The notes under the pieces: model-generated | What the model saw: only the letters and a program-made list of their open reading frames with translations | Told to the model about the DNA's origin: nothing | Database searches by the model: none | Origin: Lytechinus pictus | Lineage: Eukaryota | Direction: 5' to 3' | Assembly (NCBI RefSeq): GCF_037042905.1 | Contig: NC_087250.1 | Coordinates: 11,162,001 to 11,226,000 of the forward strand | DNA: 64,000 bases | Translations under genes and position numbers: made by a program | Part shown: positions 51,501 to 64,000 of the stretch, in pieces | Layout of the letters: every line of letters begins with the position of its first letter | Position numbering within the stretch: the stretch's first letter is position 1

Positions 51501-53584
51501 TTTAAGGATTGCTTGGCATTGATACTCATCGAACTGTTCTTAGTCATTGCCCAGGCCTATGATCATGAAAAAGCAAGATCACTCACCCGTATAGTAGAGA
51601 ATCATTGACAATAGCATGCTCAGCGGGTTCGCCACAGAAAACAATGGGAGACACGCTCAATACTTTAATTCCCCATATCCGCTGTCGTGATTATTGTCGT
51701 AATTTCAATAGATGAACCTACTTCAAAAGACCGTTGGCCCGTCCGATGGGGAATCTTTTGTGATAATAGAGTGTAATAAAGTACGTATATGCAGTAACTA
51801 CTTCCCGACTTCTTTTGTGCTATTTAAAAGATTCTTTCAACATCATCGAGTAGCGATTAGCGTGTAAAGTCGCATAAATTATCTCACATAACGGATCTAA
51901 TGTTCATGATTACCAGCATCACTATGATCTTTCATATATTTTTAAAATATAAAATTGATACTGGAGAACGATTGGAAATAGAGAATGAATGAATGATGAT
52001 GGTGATGATGATGATAACAGTGATGATGATAGTGATAATCATAACTTTTAAGTGATATTAACGGACATGATATTACGAATAATAATATAACTTATAATGT
52101 TGATGATTAAATATTAACAAATGAAGATGATTGGTATATTTTGTGGCAATTAACCATGTACTTGAGACTCCCCTTTGACTCCCCCTTGAAAGAAACCAAT
52201 AAAAATAAGCTTTGCGCGGTAGTTTTTTTTTTTTTTTTTTTTTTTTGGGGGGGGGGGGGCATTTTGCGTCCTCTCTCTGTATTGACGAAAGCTGGATCCG
52301 CCCTGATAAAAATGATTCATTTTAAAGCTCGCAATTCACGCTTGCCTTCTGTTCTATGAAACTTGATATTGTAACATTTATATTAAAGATGCATATGAAC
52401 AAATCATATTTGGTTTACATATTATAAAGCGCCTTCTCATATTCCAATTTTACCTTAAACGTAAGTATTTTATTTTCAAACGAAATCTATGAAAAGGGTG
52501 CAGTTAGGCTTTCATTTTGATGCCAAATAGTCTCATAATTGGGATTAGTCGCAAACACGGTTTTTTTAATAGAAGGCACATCGGGGAAGATACAAGTATG
52601 AAGACAGTCACCCGCGCTGACAAAGTGATAATCTCCATTGAAATACCCCCACGAATCAAGAGGTCATCTTTCTATTGAAATCCGCCACCAGTCAGACCAC
52701 CTCTATGTTCAAGAATATAGGGTAATCTCCTCAATCAGGAATGGGGTAAGAATGGGGTAATTTAAATCTACCTTGACAATGGAGCAAGCCGTTAAATACA
52801 GCTTGCAATGCGCTGGCCCGTGCCATTTTCAATGTCCGGCTTTCGGGGAATTAAAATGAGCATTAAATGGGTAGTTTTCTTGTTCTCGTTTTGTCCCCAT
52901 ACTAGAACCTTGATTTTGTTTCTTTTCGTAATGTGCATTTTGATATGGTTTCCATTATATTTCTCAACATTTCGACATTTAATGTAGTTTAATACTTGCC
53001 TTTATAAAGAGCAATATTACACAAAACCTGTTTGGCGAAGCAGATTATAACATAACGTTCGACTGATATTTTATCAACACATGTTTAATTAACCATTTAA
53101 CTTCCCTCTTTATAGGTCTACTCTTAATGTGAACATTCGAGTTATATTCTTTGCCTACCATCTCTCTGTGCATTTTAATAACCAAATATATTTGGAAAAG
53201 GGGTGTTTACCAGGCTAACGTGAAGGTCCTCACTTGTGTATGAACGACATATTCTCATTAAAATACATGCTGTGAGTTTCAAAGGGGGCACATTTGTTTA
53301 AAAATGGCATATTTACATTAACAAAATTGATAATGGCTCTCAAGGGGGTGGGGCGCACGGGCCGGATGCCCCCCCCCCCCCAGATTCACTACATAACTGT
53401 ACCCTCAAGGTGCAGAATATAGACCCACTGACTTCTTTCAGTAGATGTCACAATATAGACCACAATACTTTTGATAGCCCAACTATTGTTCAAAATAAAT
53501 ACGGCGCCTATTGGATTGTATTGTGTTACTCCGGCAGGATCCGCACCAGCATGCACTCCATCCTTGTTGATCTAGTATGCCAAA

Positions 53585-53733
53585 TACTAGGTCACGTTTG
53601 TTCTAAGGCGAGTCGAAAACAGTCGTTTTAACAGTTTTTGTACCAGCTAAATATAGGAGGTTTGAATAAAATGAATAAAACGGCTGTTTTCGACTCGCCG
53701 TATGGCCGCCGTAGAGCAAATGTGACCGAGGTA
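53585..53733. mobile_element. Small palindromic MITE
   Basis: GGTCACGTTTGTTCTAAGGCGAGTCGAAAACAG ... CTGTTTTCGACTCGCC...TAGAGCAAATGTGACC. Confidence 0.7.
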
Positions 53734-55345
53734 TTACCATTTCCAGTAAGTTTATTGATTTCTTGTGCATATTTAAATATGCAAGCTATACAGAATGCAG
53801 ATACGATTAAGAGGTGAAGTACAAAGTTGGAAGGGAAACTAGGCCAACGAGGCTTTCGTATTACTAACTTTACATCGGTAAAATATGTTTACCTTAGACA
53901 CTGGGAATCTAATTTGCAATATTTTGACACACACACATTGCAGATTAATTCAGATATTTGATAGGAAGAATAAATCAACGGCAATATACACGTATTGAAC
54001 AAGTCAAACGTGAATGTTAAAAACATAATAGGCTTAGAAAGGATCTTAAAAATGGAAAGATGTAGAACTGGAAAAATGAAAGAAATAATTAAGCCCCCCC
54101 CCCCCCCCCCACCGAGCGGACTGGTTTGAAGGGGGGGGGGGGGGGATCACCATGCATAAAATCATGGTACTTGTGAAGGCCTGAGCCCCAGACCCACTTC
54201 GGTTCTGGGCTCCTGGATGGTAATCAAGAACACTAGGTCACATAGTACTCTACATCACAGGGGAAATTTATGTAAGAGAATAAAGACGGATCCAAGGTAA
54301 AAAGATAATATAGGTTTTCCTGTCCAATATCATGTCAGAGTCACTTAAATGTGTTAATTTGCATTTTAATTCACGCAATATTTTTCATCGGTCATTCAAA
54401 GTTTAGAATAAGATTCCTTAGAAGACGCTATAATTTCTTTATAAACACTAAACTCAATTCATGGTCAAGACTACCTCAACTTTGATACTTTCAATATTTG
54501 ATTTTTAAGTGCTTTTGATTTCGTTCGAAGGTAAAGATGTTTGTAACGGTCTTACAAAGTAACGAAAGTTCTTTTTGTTCTGAATTTCGGGCAATGAAAC
54601 TCAAGAATAATGCATTTAAGCTACAATTACCGATATGACTGCTTGAACATCCAATTTAATTTTTAAAGTTCAAATTAATGATATTTTATTTGTTTGTTTT
54701 GCACGGCATATGTATTATGTGTGAATATATAAGTTTCTAACATGTCAATGTTTAAACATGTGTATAATAATTGATTTGCACTTTGGCTAAATTAGATATA
54801 GGCCTATGTTTAGCTCAAATTTGAATTTAAACGATGCCTTTAGTTTTAATCCTTTTTTTCCACAAAAAACACTTGCATTTTATGTATTTTTTTGCCACAG
54901 TAGCGTTTCAATGTATAAATTTAAATGCCCTCATTTTTTGACCCTGGTCTGATTTATATTGCAATTTGTGCGAGGGGTTTTGCATTTTTTTTTACAAAGA
55001 TGTTAAGGAAAATTCCATATTTTTCCTTTTCACCCGACAATGCTGACTGTGTGGGCTCAGTGTGATGAAAAAAAACTTACCCGCGCCTAAATACTTACTT
55101 TTAGAAAGTCAATATCTTAACGGTATATTCTTCAAAATAAAACAACATGCTAAAGGGCTAAAGCTTTATTGTTCTATTAAAGAAATGAAATCTAAATCTA
55201 ACTGAAGTTTGTCATATGCTGAAACCCGAAACGAAAAATTATCAAAAGAAATTGTGAAAGCGTAACTTTGGAAAATATATACCCCACTGGACTAGGCACA
55301 CCGATACAAGACACAACGATATTCAGATCAGTGACTAGAGATCGG

Positions 55346-56371
55346 GGGCCCGTTTCTCAACACCGTCATATGTCTAACTTCTTGACTAAATCGTAGATAG
55401 TGAGCTACTTGTCCGCTAACCGTTTCACGAAGCACTCTTTACCAAGATCGGGTACAACAACCTCACTAAATATTTATGACACCTCCGAACCTGTCCTTAC
55501 TTCTTTCTTAATGACGTAGTAGCATCACGTGGGTAGACTATGACATGCAAAAGTGCTTAGAAATTTTAAAATTATAATCTTACGTAATCAATCATAGAGG
55601 TTGAAATTAAATCACAAAACAAGTGGGATAATGCATTCCATGATAATTGTAATACAAGTAAACTATAAAAACTGTTGTTAAACGCCACAAAACCATTCAT
55701 TTTGAAATAGTAAAATGATTTAATCGATAAAGATTCTACCACGTCAGGCCATCCATAACTGAACTCGTATTTGTTGTTTTCAGACCCCTATTAACAGTTG
55801 GATAAATTCTATCTCTAATTTATGCATAAAATTTGTCAAATATCGCATGTTTCGGTATCAATGATTAAAAATGTTTCGTTAAACTATATTTTGATGACGA
55901 TTGGAATTGTAAAAGACCGTATAATTATCCTCATTTTACAAAGAAAACCGTTATGGTTTACTTTCGTAAACTATTGAAATTGGATACACCGGGGGTACCC
56001 ATCTCAAAGTCCACAAGTGATTTTTAGTCATGAAATGAATTATTCATTATTTAATTTTCTCTGCAATTGAATGCTCCAGTCTTCATGGTCTAAGTATGTA
56101 TGATGCATAATTCACCTGTGCTATTATTTTGAAAAGATTTATTTCCCAATTCATCACAATATTTGCAAATTTGTCATGATTTTTCTTTTTGAAAATAATG
56201 CTATTTTGTGACTAAGGCTACGTCTCGTCAGCTCTTTTTACCGATAGTCTCGATATCAATGTATTCTAGATAGGAAGCCTTTCGAGAAACAGGTTTAGTA
56301 AGATTGGAACTAACTCCGTGGTTGGTGGATAAAGATATGACTAACTTGTCCATGTGTTGAGAAACGGGCCC
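55346..56371. mobile_element. Harbinger-like MITE nested in the 14.4-kb element
   Basis: CGG|GGGCCCGTTTCTCAACAC...GTGTTGAGAAACGGGCCC|CGG: 18-bp perfect TIR and 3-bp TSD. Confidence 0.88.
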
Positions 56372-56634
56372 CGGGTGTTCAATAGTTTGCCTAAAATGCC
56401 GATATCGTGGACATAGAGGGCGCTCATGCAAAAACATCTTATCGGAGAGCCAACCGGGGGGCGTCAAAAGAAAAGATAAAAGCGCACGCTTCCGTTTTCG
56501 CTGCAAAAGTGCACGATGGCGTCTTGAATGGCAAGAGCACTGACCCGTAGGTAAGAAAATGGACAATGTCACGCTCAGCGGTTTCGCCGTGGAATATAAA
56601 GGAAAAAACGCACACACACTTTTGACAACACGCC

Positions 56635-57720
56635 TTATCAAACAATAACTTCTGTCCAATGAGAAGAAAGCCTACTCATCTCATTGTATTTTCTCGTATG
56701 GAATTATGGGTGCTATGACCCCAAAGTGACAATGTCTTTAGAATAAGGTGGGCAATGAACTTACTTACTTCACGATATAATATCGTTTGTTCAATATAAA
56801 AAGAAGGTTAATCTATCTCTTGTGTCTTATGTACAATTCTAGGCGTTTCCAACTACAGAACTAAAGAATATAATGTACAATGAACTTACCTATAGATTTG
56901 TTCCCAAACAATAACTCCTATTAAATGAAAGGAAAGTCTACTCATCTCATTATTCTTTCTCGTATTGAATTATGGGTGCTACGACCCCAAAGTGACAATG
57001 TCTTTAGAATAAGGTGGGCAATGATCTTGCACAATCTCCACGATACAATATCGTTTGTTCAATGTAAAAAGAGGACTTATAATGTACAATGAACTTACCT
57101 GTAGATCTGTTATCAAACAATAACTTCTGTCCAATGAGAAGAAAGCCTACTCATCTCATTGTATTTTCTCGTATAGAATTTTGGGTGCTATGACCCCAAA
57201 GTGACAATGTTTATTGAGAAGAAGGTGGGCAATGAACTTGCATAATCTCCACGATACAATATCGTTTGTTTAAATATAAAAAGAAGGTTAATCTATCTCT
57301 TGTGTCTGAAATACAATTCTGGGCGTTACCACCAAGAGAATATGATGTACAATGAACTTACTTGTAGATCTGTTATCAAACAATAACTTCTATCCAATGA
57401 GAAGGAGGCTTACTTATCCAAAGGTATTTTCTCGTATATAAATGTTGATTGAGAATAAGATAGACAATGAAACAGCCTATAATCTTCACGATGATATACC
57501 GTGAACTTATATAGATCTGTTATAACTCCTATCAAATGAGAAAAAAAGTCTACTCACTTCATTGTTTCTTCTCGTATGGAATTCTTGGTGCTACGAATTC
57601 AAAGTGACAATGTTTGTTGAAAATAAGACGGGCAAAAAACTTGCTCGATCTTCACGATACAATGGTTGCTGTTTGATATAAAAGAAGTTTGATCAATTCC
57701 TTGTGTCTGGTATCCTTCAT
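56635..57720. repeat. 261-bp tandem repeat, right part (~4 units, increasingly diverged)
   Basis: Same unit as 41535-42189. Unit marker at 56879, 57088 (unit with a deletion) and 57351. Confidence 0.93.
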
Positions 57721-58084
57721 GATACGTTTTATTGATAATAAGTTCTTTTTAATTCACTTCTCCTTATTTCGGAGATAGTTTTGATCTTAATAATCAGCTA
57801 TGCATGTTTGACCTATGTCTGAAATAACATGAAGAAAACAGTATGTGTTCCATCTATGAATATTCATAATATAGTATTTAGACTTGCTGACGCTTCAAAT
57901 TTTTTTTTTTTCCATTCTTGCGATCTCTGCGATCTTTGCACCATTTTGTGTTTCATTCTTTTTTAATGAGTAATTGATATCTTTATGTTTAAAGTGTTTT
58001 TTTTTTGTTGTTCTTTGCTTGTTTTTATTTAATAAGCAATAATTAATATTTCTATGTCCTTTATAAGTAATACTTCATACATTT

Positions 58085-61000
58085 ATGTCTAATGGTATAT
58101 CATGTTCTTGTGGCAGGCAAATTTCCGGAACTGGACGTACTGATTGTTTTTTATGTAGAAATCCAATGTCCGATACCCATTTAGATGAAGAAAATCATGA
58201 CGAAATATCCGTTGAAAATGAATATCATACCCTTGATGAATTTCAGCAATTGATGTCAAATCTTAATAGATTACCGCTATATATTCTTTTACATTTTAAT
58301 TGCCGTAGCCTGAAAAGAAATTTTGATGATCTTAGTTCATATCTACATCACATTGATTCATATCAATCTATTATCGCAGTTACTGAAACATGGCTCAAAG
58401 AAGGTGATGAGGAAGGATATAATTTACCAGGTTTTTCGTTCACTGCAAAATCTCGTACAATGAAGAGAGGGGTGGTATAGGTATTTATGTACGCAGTGAT
58501 ATACAGTTTAAAAGAAGACAAGATCTTGATATCTTCAATGATAAAATTGAAAGCATGTCTATAGAAATCAATTCGAAACCAACTAATCATATAATATCCG
58601 TGATATATAGACCACCAAATCAATCAAAGGTAAAATTTATGGATGACATAACCATACTTTTAAATAATATTTAAAAGGAAAAGAAACAGTCCACACTATT
58701 GGGTGACTTTAATATAAATATTCTTCACTATAACATAAATTCTTCTGTTAATAATTTTGTTGATACTCTGGCTACTTTTTCCTTCTATCCACAAATAGTA
58801 AAACCGACAAGAATTACTCCAACATCAACGACCGCCTTAGACAATATCATATGTAATATCCCCGAAAAGGTTATTAAGTCGGGTATACTCACTGTAGATA
58901 TCAGTGACCACCTATCTCCTTTTATTATTCTACCCGGAAATAATTCTAATAATAGTTTAGATTGTGTACAAGAACATGAAATCCGAGATTACACTGATGC
59001 AAATTTATATCTATTCTGTAACAAACTGCAAGCCACTAACTGGTCATTTCTAGAAAATGAAAAAAATGTAAATAAGCAATTTGAAATGTTTATACACATG
59101 TATTCAAAACTCCATGATATAGTTTCCCTATAAAAGTAAAAAAGAAACAATACTTTAAAATAGATAAACCTTGGCTTACGAAATCATTGAAAAAAATGTG
59201 CAAAAAGAAGCATTTACTTTTCAAAAAATATGTTATAAATCCTACCGTTACTAACCATATGAATTACAAAGCACATAGAAATGAGGTGAACAGTGAAATA
59301 AGAAATGCAAAACATAAATACTTTGATGAAAAATGTCAGCATTTGAAAAATAATCATAGAGCCACTTGGAAAGTCATCAATGAAATACTAAACAGAAAGC
59401 CAAAAGGTCAGAATATTAAGAACATAAACTGTGACGGAAATTATACCAGTGATGCTCATACAATTGCTGAATCCTTTAATATGTTTTTCACTTCTATTGG
59501 CAGTACCATACACAATAAAATTGCTGAAAATACCGATTGTGTACATGACCACACGCAATACCTTAAAGGTAACTATGGAAACTCAATGTTTTTCACTGAT
59601 ATTACAGAAAATGATATTCTAAATATTGTATTAAAACTACAGTTAAAGAAGAGTCACGGATACGATGGCTTCACTTCTAAACTTATAAAGTCAACTATCC
59701 ATTTAATTATTCGCCCAATGCATGTTATTATAAAAAATTCGTTAGAATCGGGTGTCTTCCCTGATAGCCTAAAAACCGCAAGAGTTACTCCCGTTTATAA
59801 AAGTGGTGACACGGATATTATGAATAATTATCGCCCCATTTCGGTATTGAGTGTATTTAGCAAAATATTTGAAAAAATTGCTTGTGAAAAATTAATGTCG
59901 TATTTTAGAAAAGCTGATATTTTATCTCCAAAACAATATGGATTCAGACAAGGCTATGATACAAATTTAGCTTTCATTGAGCTTGTTGACAAATTAGTGA
60001 AATCTTTTGAACAGAAGAAGATAACTGTTGGGATATTCCTTGATCTGTCGAAGGCTTTCGATTGCATGGACCATCGTATTCTATTTGACAAATTATATTT
60101 TTATGGCATTAGTGGGTTAGTTCTTAATTGGTTTAAAAGTTATTTATCAAACCGAAAACAATATGTTGCAATTAGAAATATTAAATCTTCACCGAAAATT
60201 ATTACTACCGGGATCCCTCAGGGTTCAATTCTAGGGCCAGTGTTATTCCTAATATACATCAACGACCTTCAAAATATTAGTACTAATACGTCAGTGATAC
60301 AATCTGCTGATGACACTAGTTTCTTCCTGTCAGACAATAATATTGAATTGATAAAAAATAACTTACAAAATGAGTTGAGAATCTATGAGCAATGGTTTTT
60401 ATGTAACAAATTACAAATCAACGCTAAACAAACTTCATATGTTATTTTCCACACGAAAGGCAGATCCATCAACTGTGATATGCAATTAATGATAAATAAC
60501 ATCGAAATAAAACGAGAAAATACTGTGAAATTTCTTGGCATATGGATAGACTCACAATTAACTTGGAAAGATCATGTCGGCTATATTTCAGGGAAAATAT
60601 CAAGATTTACTGGAGCATTATACAGAGTAAGGGACCTCCTCCCACTGACGATCCTTGTAAATTTATATTATTCGATGATTTTCTCGCATCTTACTTATGG
60701 TATAACTGTATGGGGACAATGTCATAGATACCTTTTCCAAAGATTATTTCAACTTCAAAAAAAGTCTATCCGCATTATAACAAACTCAAATTATTATGCT
60801 CACTCCGAACCATTATTCAAAAAACTACAAATTATCCCTTTGAATGACCTTTATAAGTTTCACGTTGCAGTCTTTATGTATTATATTATACATAATCTAC
60901 TTCCTCTCTCAATTAATGAATATTTCCTCTATAACTATAACGTAAATAAATATAACTGCAGACATTCTACAGACCTATATATTCCACTTCTTAAATATGA

Positions 61001-61667
61001 TGTTTCCAGAGCAAGTATATGCTATCAAGGGCCCCAGATTTGGAACAGCCTTCCAAATCATTTAAAAGATCAATTATGAAACATATTCAAGAGAAAATAC
61101 AAACATGCTCTCTTACATACTGTACTATAGCTTAATCTGCTTCTTACATCATACAGCATGTTGGTGCAAATATATTTTTTTTCTTCTTTTAATTCATATT
61201 AATCATAAAATATAGAATTAAGTGAAATTCTAAATTCTGTATCAGTATATTTATGTGTATATACACCATAATGACTTATTACAATACAATATTATACAAT
61301 ATTAAATAATTAATACTTGTGTCCCTTCCTTTGCCTGCCACCCCCCCCCCCCCCCCCTCTTCTCCCCCGCTAGTTAGGATTTTAATTTCTCTGTTATCCC
61401 CTTTCATGCATTATGTTGGTTTGTGTTGTTTTTCCTGTTGTACGGTAATCAGTGGGATAGACCTCGATAGGCCAATGGCTTTCTGTTTTTCCCCCACATC
61501 CGCCGTACAGCGGAAATCATTGTTTTTATTTACTGTGTTTTACTATCTGTTTATAACTACTTATACTTTATACTTGTCAATATCTGTTTTATAAGAATTT
61601 TATTTGTATTTATGTATTTTTGTATTTTAAAGAGGTGTGAAATAAATGAATCTGAATCTGAATCTGA
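58085..61667 (+). mobile_element. CR1/L2-group LINE with near-full-length but disrupted ORF2
   Basis: HFNCRSL, AVTETWL, IYRPP, GDFNIN, SDH, NYRPIS, FLDLSKAFD, GIPQGSILGP, SADD, GPQIWN. Frameshifts at ~58470 and ~59130, stops at ~58671 and 61077. Tail AATAAATG(AATCTG)3 at 61641-61666. Confidence 0.93.
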
Positions 61668-62239
61668 GTGTACCTCAAGTCAGTTTTACATTCTATTTGT
61701 AAAATATTATGCATGTGCAACACTTCCATTTCATTCAAGTACTACCGTACTATTACATGTACATGTATTTGAGCTTATTTTAAATATTGTTTCTTTCCCT
61801 ATCCAGACTGTGAGCACAACACTCAGATATGTTTGTTAAAATGAGAATATTATCAATATGGATTGATGTGCACAATTGAACAAGGGGGAAAGGAATATCA
61901 CATGACAAAGCCATGGAGAAGGGGAGAATAATTGGGGGGAAGAGAAAGAGAAGAAAAAGATTAGTGTTGAGAAAGAGTTTTAGTTTGGGAATAGTTAGAA
62001 CTACAAGAAAATGATACACCACTTAAGAAATAAAAGTAAAAAAAACATTTATCTAAAATCACATCCATGCAAATTTACAACACGCAAGTCTATGCGGCGT
62101 TTTAAAACGCGTTTTAAAACACGTTTTAAAACACACCGTTTAAAACGTGCCAACCCTGTCTGGATGGGATTAGATACTATTGTTGGGGTTGAAATCGTTC
62201 TATCGTTGTGAAAATCTCTCTTTTTGTGTCTTCTTATGT

Positions 62240-63360
62240 CTACTTTAATTGGAAAACTGTACTTGTTGATTCCCCTAACATCCTTGATCATCATGCTCAT
62301 TGTAAACAATATGTATGATGCATTTATGAATGAAATCAATATATTGTATAATCGCATTTCCATAAGCTTGGATATAGAAAAATAGGTTATTTATGATATT
62401 TTCTAAAACAAAAGGAGATAAAAAAGAGATAATATTATTGATACCAATAAATTGATTTTGATTGTAAATTTCTATAAAGGTCAATTCATTTAACAGCTCC
62501 AGTACTGCCGTATATTTTAATATTTCTATCGAAACTAGATGCTTTCCAGAATCTTTAAAAATTGCGAAAGTCTTGTCTTTATTTAAAAAAGGAGATAAAT
62601 ATTTGTCTACACACTATTGTCCAATTTCAGTTTTATCTCCTTTCTCAAAAATAATAAGAAAAAAGTAAAATAATAAACGTATGTCCTTCATAATCAAGAA
62701 TAATGTATTATTTTAACATGCATGGCTCTGTTGCAATTTATTTAAAATCGCAATACAACATTTGAAAACAAAAACATTGGGCTGGGAATATTTCCGGACT
62801 TGTCAAAAGCCTTTAAATTCATCAATCACAACTTCTAATGCATAACATTTATCAAAATGAAGAAGCATTTTTTGTTTTAATGGTTTAATAGTTTTTTCAG
62901 TAACAGATATCAGTTTGTATCCATTTTTCATATAAATTCTTCATTACTAGAAATAAGCACATGACTGCCGAAGGTTCAATGGGATGATACAAGTTTCTTT
63001 ATATCAGGTCTGACGTATTGTCGAAATAAATCATATCCTTAATGGAAAAATACTTAGGTTTGAAGAGCGGTTTCTTGTAAACAAATCGGCTTTTAATTCT
63101 TCAAAGACAATCTACATGATATTCAAGTCAAAAGAATGAGGAGCTCTTTGACGGTATTAATAAAATTTGCTTAACTCATAAAAGCATATTACAAATTTAT
63201 ACAATCAATTCTCTTGGAATCGCTCTCGATGAAAACCGGTAATGGACTTCTCATGCTAATGTAATTCTACCAAAAATATATTGTGCTTTCGGTAAAATAT
63301 TTAACAAATTATATTATACAATTATAATGCATTAATTTTACATTTAATGCTTCTTCCAAT
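62240..63360 (+). mobile_element. Highly degenerate CR1/L2-group ORF2 fragments
   Basis: Remnants FPESLKIAKVLSLFKKGD..CPISVLS (~62543-62640), GIFPDLSKAF (~62785) and LGIALDE (~63213). Confidence 0.75.
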
Positions 63361-64000
63361 TACTCTGTTAATCCTTTCTTATCTCTTCCCTCTGGCGAAG
63401 GAACGATATCTAACATCAATCGGCGAGCCGCCAGGCGAAAGTAAGAGCCCGCTTACGTAACGCGATAAGCCCGCTCGTAAAATCTGAGGTCAGTGATTTT
63501 TTGAAGGTCCCTGCAAGGCTCCGCCGTAAACGACGTTCTTCCACATAACTTCCCTTTGAGCTCTGTTTTTTTTTCAAAATCGAAACACGACTTGCTGTAC
63601 TTCCAACATCCATATCGCTTCGTACGGATTCCTGATGTACGTCTTTGATGTATGGTTGAACTTCTGAGATGATCCCCTTTGCATACATACCAAATACGTT
63701 ACAATCTGATTCGACCCAGCCACGGTACGTACGGAGAAAGTTTGATATTAGTCATTTGGTATGCCTGTCTTTTTTTCAGTTTGTATTGGTTTTCATAAGA
63801 TAACAGTTACAAACAATATAGGCTGACAATAAGTTAAAGACAATTTAAACACATTGACATTAACAAGCTAAATTATCTCAAATTAACTTAATAATCAGCC
63901 ACAAACATCCATCCTCACACCATACCACTCACACATACACAAACCCACACACAGACACGTATGTCTTCCCAATGTTAAAAGCTTGCATAAAGTTGAACTT

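Larger units (their letters stand above)
42190..56634. mobile_element. 14.4-kb PIF/Harbinger-like element splitting the 261-bp array
   Basis: Repeat unit ...GATCTG TTA TCAAAC... is interrupted as GATCTG-TTA|GGGAGCTTGTCAAAAGT ... ACTTTTGACAACACGCC|TTA-TCAAAC. TTA TSD; TIRs match at 13 of 17 positions. Confidence 0.85.
40157..62158. mobile_element. 22.0-kb hAT-like element, non-autonomous and inflated by nested insertions
   Basis: TCTGGATG|CAGGGTTG ... CAACCCTG|TCTGGATG: perfect 8-bp TSD and 8-bp TIR. Clustered GTTTTAAAAC subterminal motifs occur at both ends (40221-40251 and 62099-62146). Confidence 0.85.

Noticed and set aside
63416..63688. 90-aa minus-strand ORF as a possible upstream exon of the death-domain gene
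   Set aside because: No recognisable domain and no convincing phase-compatible splice sites; the surrounding CpG-rich sequence looks more like a repeat end.

Overview
Repeat-rich, AT-rich animal genomic DNA, probably from a marine deuterostome such as a sea urchin (inferred from the repeat families and the death-domain style, not proven). Most of the window is transposon-derived: a decayed DIRS retrotransposon (0.5-3.3 kb, minus), two Tx1/L1-clade LINE ORF2 copies (disrupted at 14.4-18.2 kb, intact 1262-aa ORF at 44.8-48.6 kb), several CR1/L2-group relics, two Penelope-like relics each carrying a hammerhead-ribozyme-like motif, and many MITE/foldback elements with readable TIRs and TSDs. One host gene is visible: two in-frame minus-strand exons (35290-35188 and 33146-32888) encoding a Ser/Thr/Pro-rich linker plus a C-terminal death domain; its upstream exons were not found. 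The main hidden structure is a nested insertion. A 22.0-kb hAT-like element (40157-62158, 8-bp TSD TCTGGATG) contains a 261-bp tandem array, which is split by a 14.4-kb PIF/Harbinger-like element (42190-56634, TTA TSD), which in turn holds the intact Tx1 LINE and further MITEs. No prokaryotic operons, CRISPR arrays, rRNA or tRNA genes were recognised. I found no clearly new biological system; the findings are mostly unusual arrangements of known element families.
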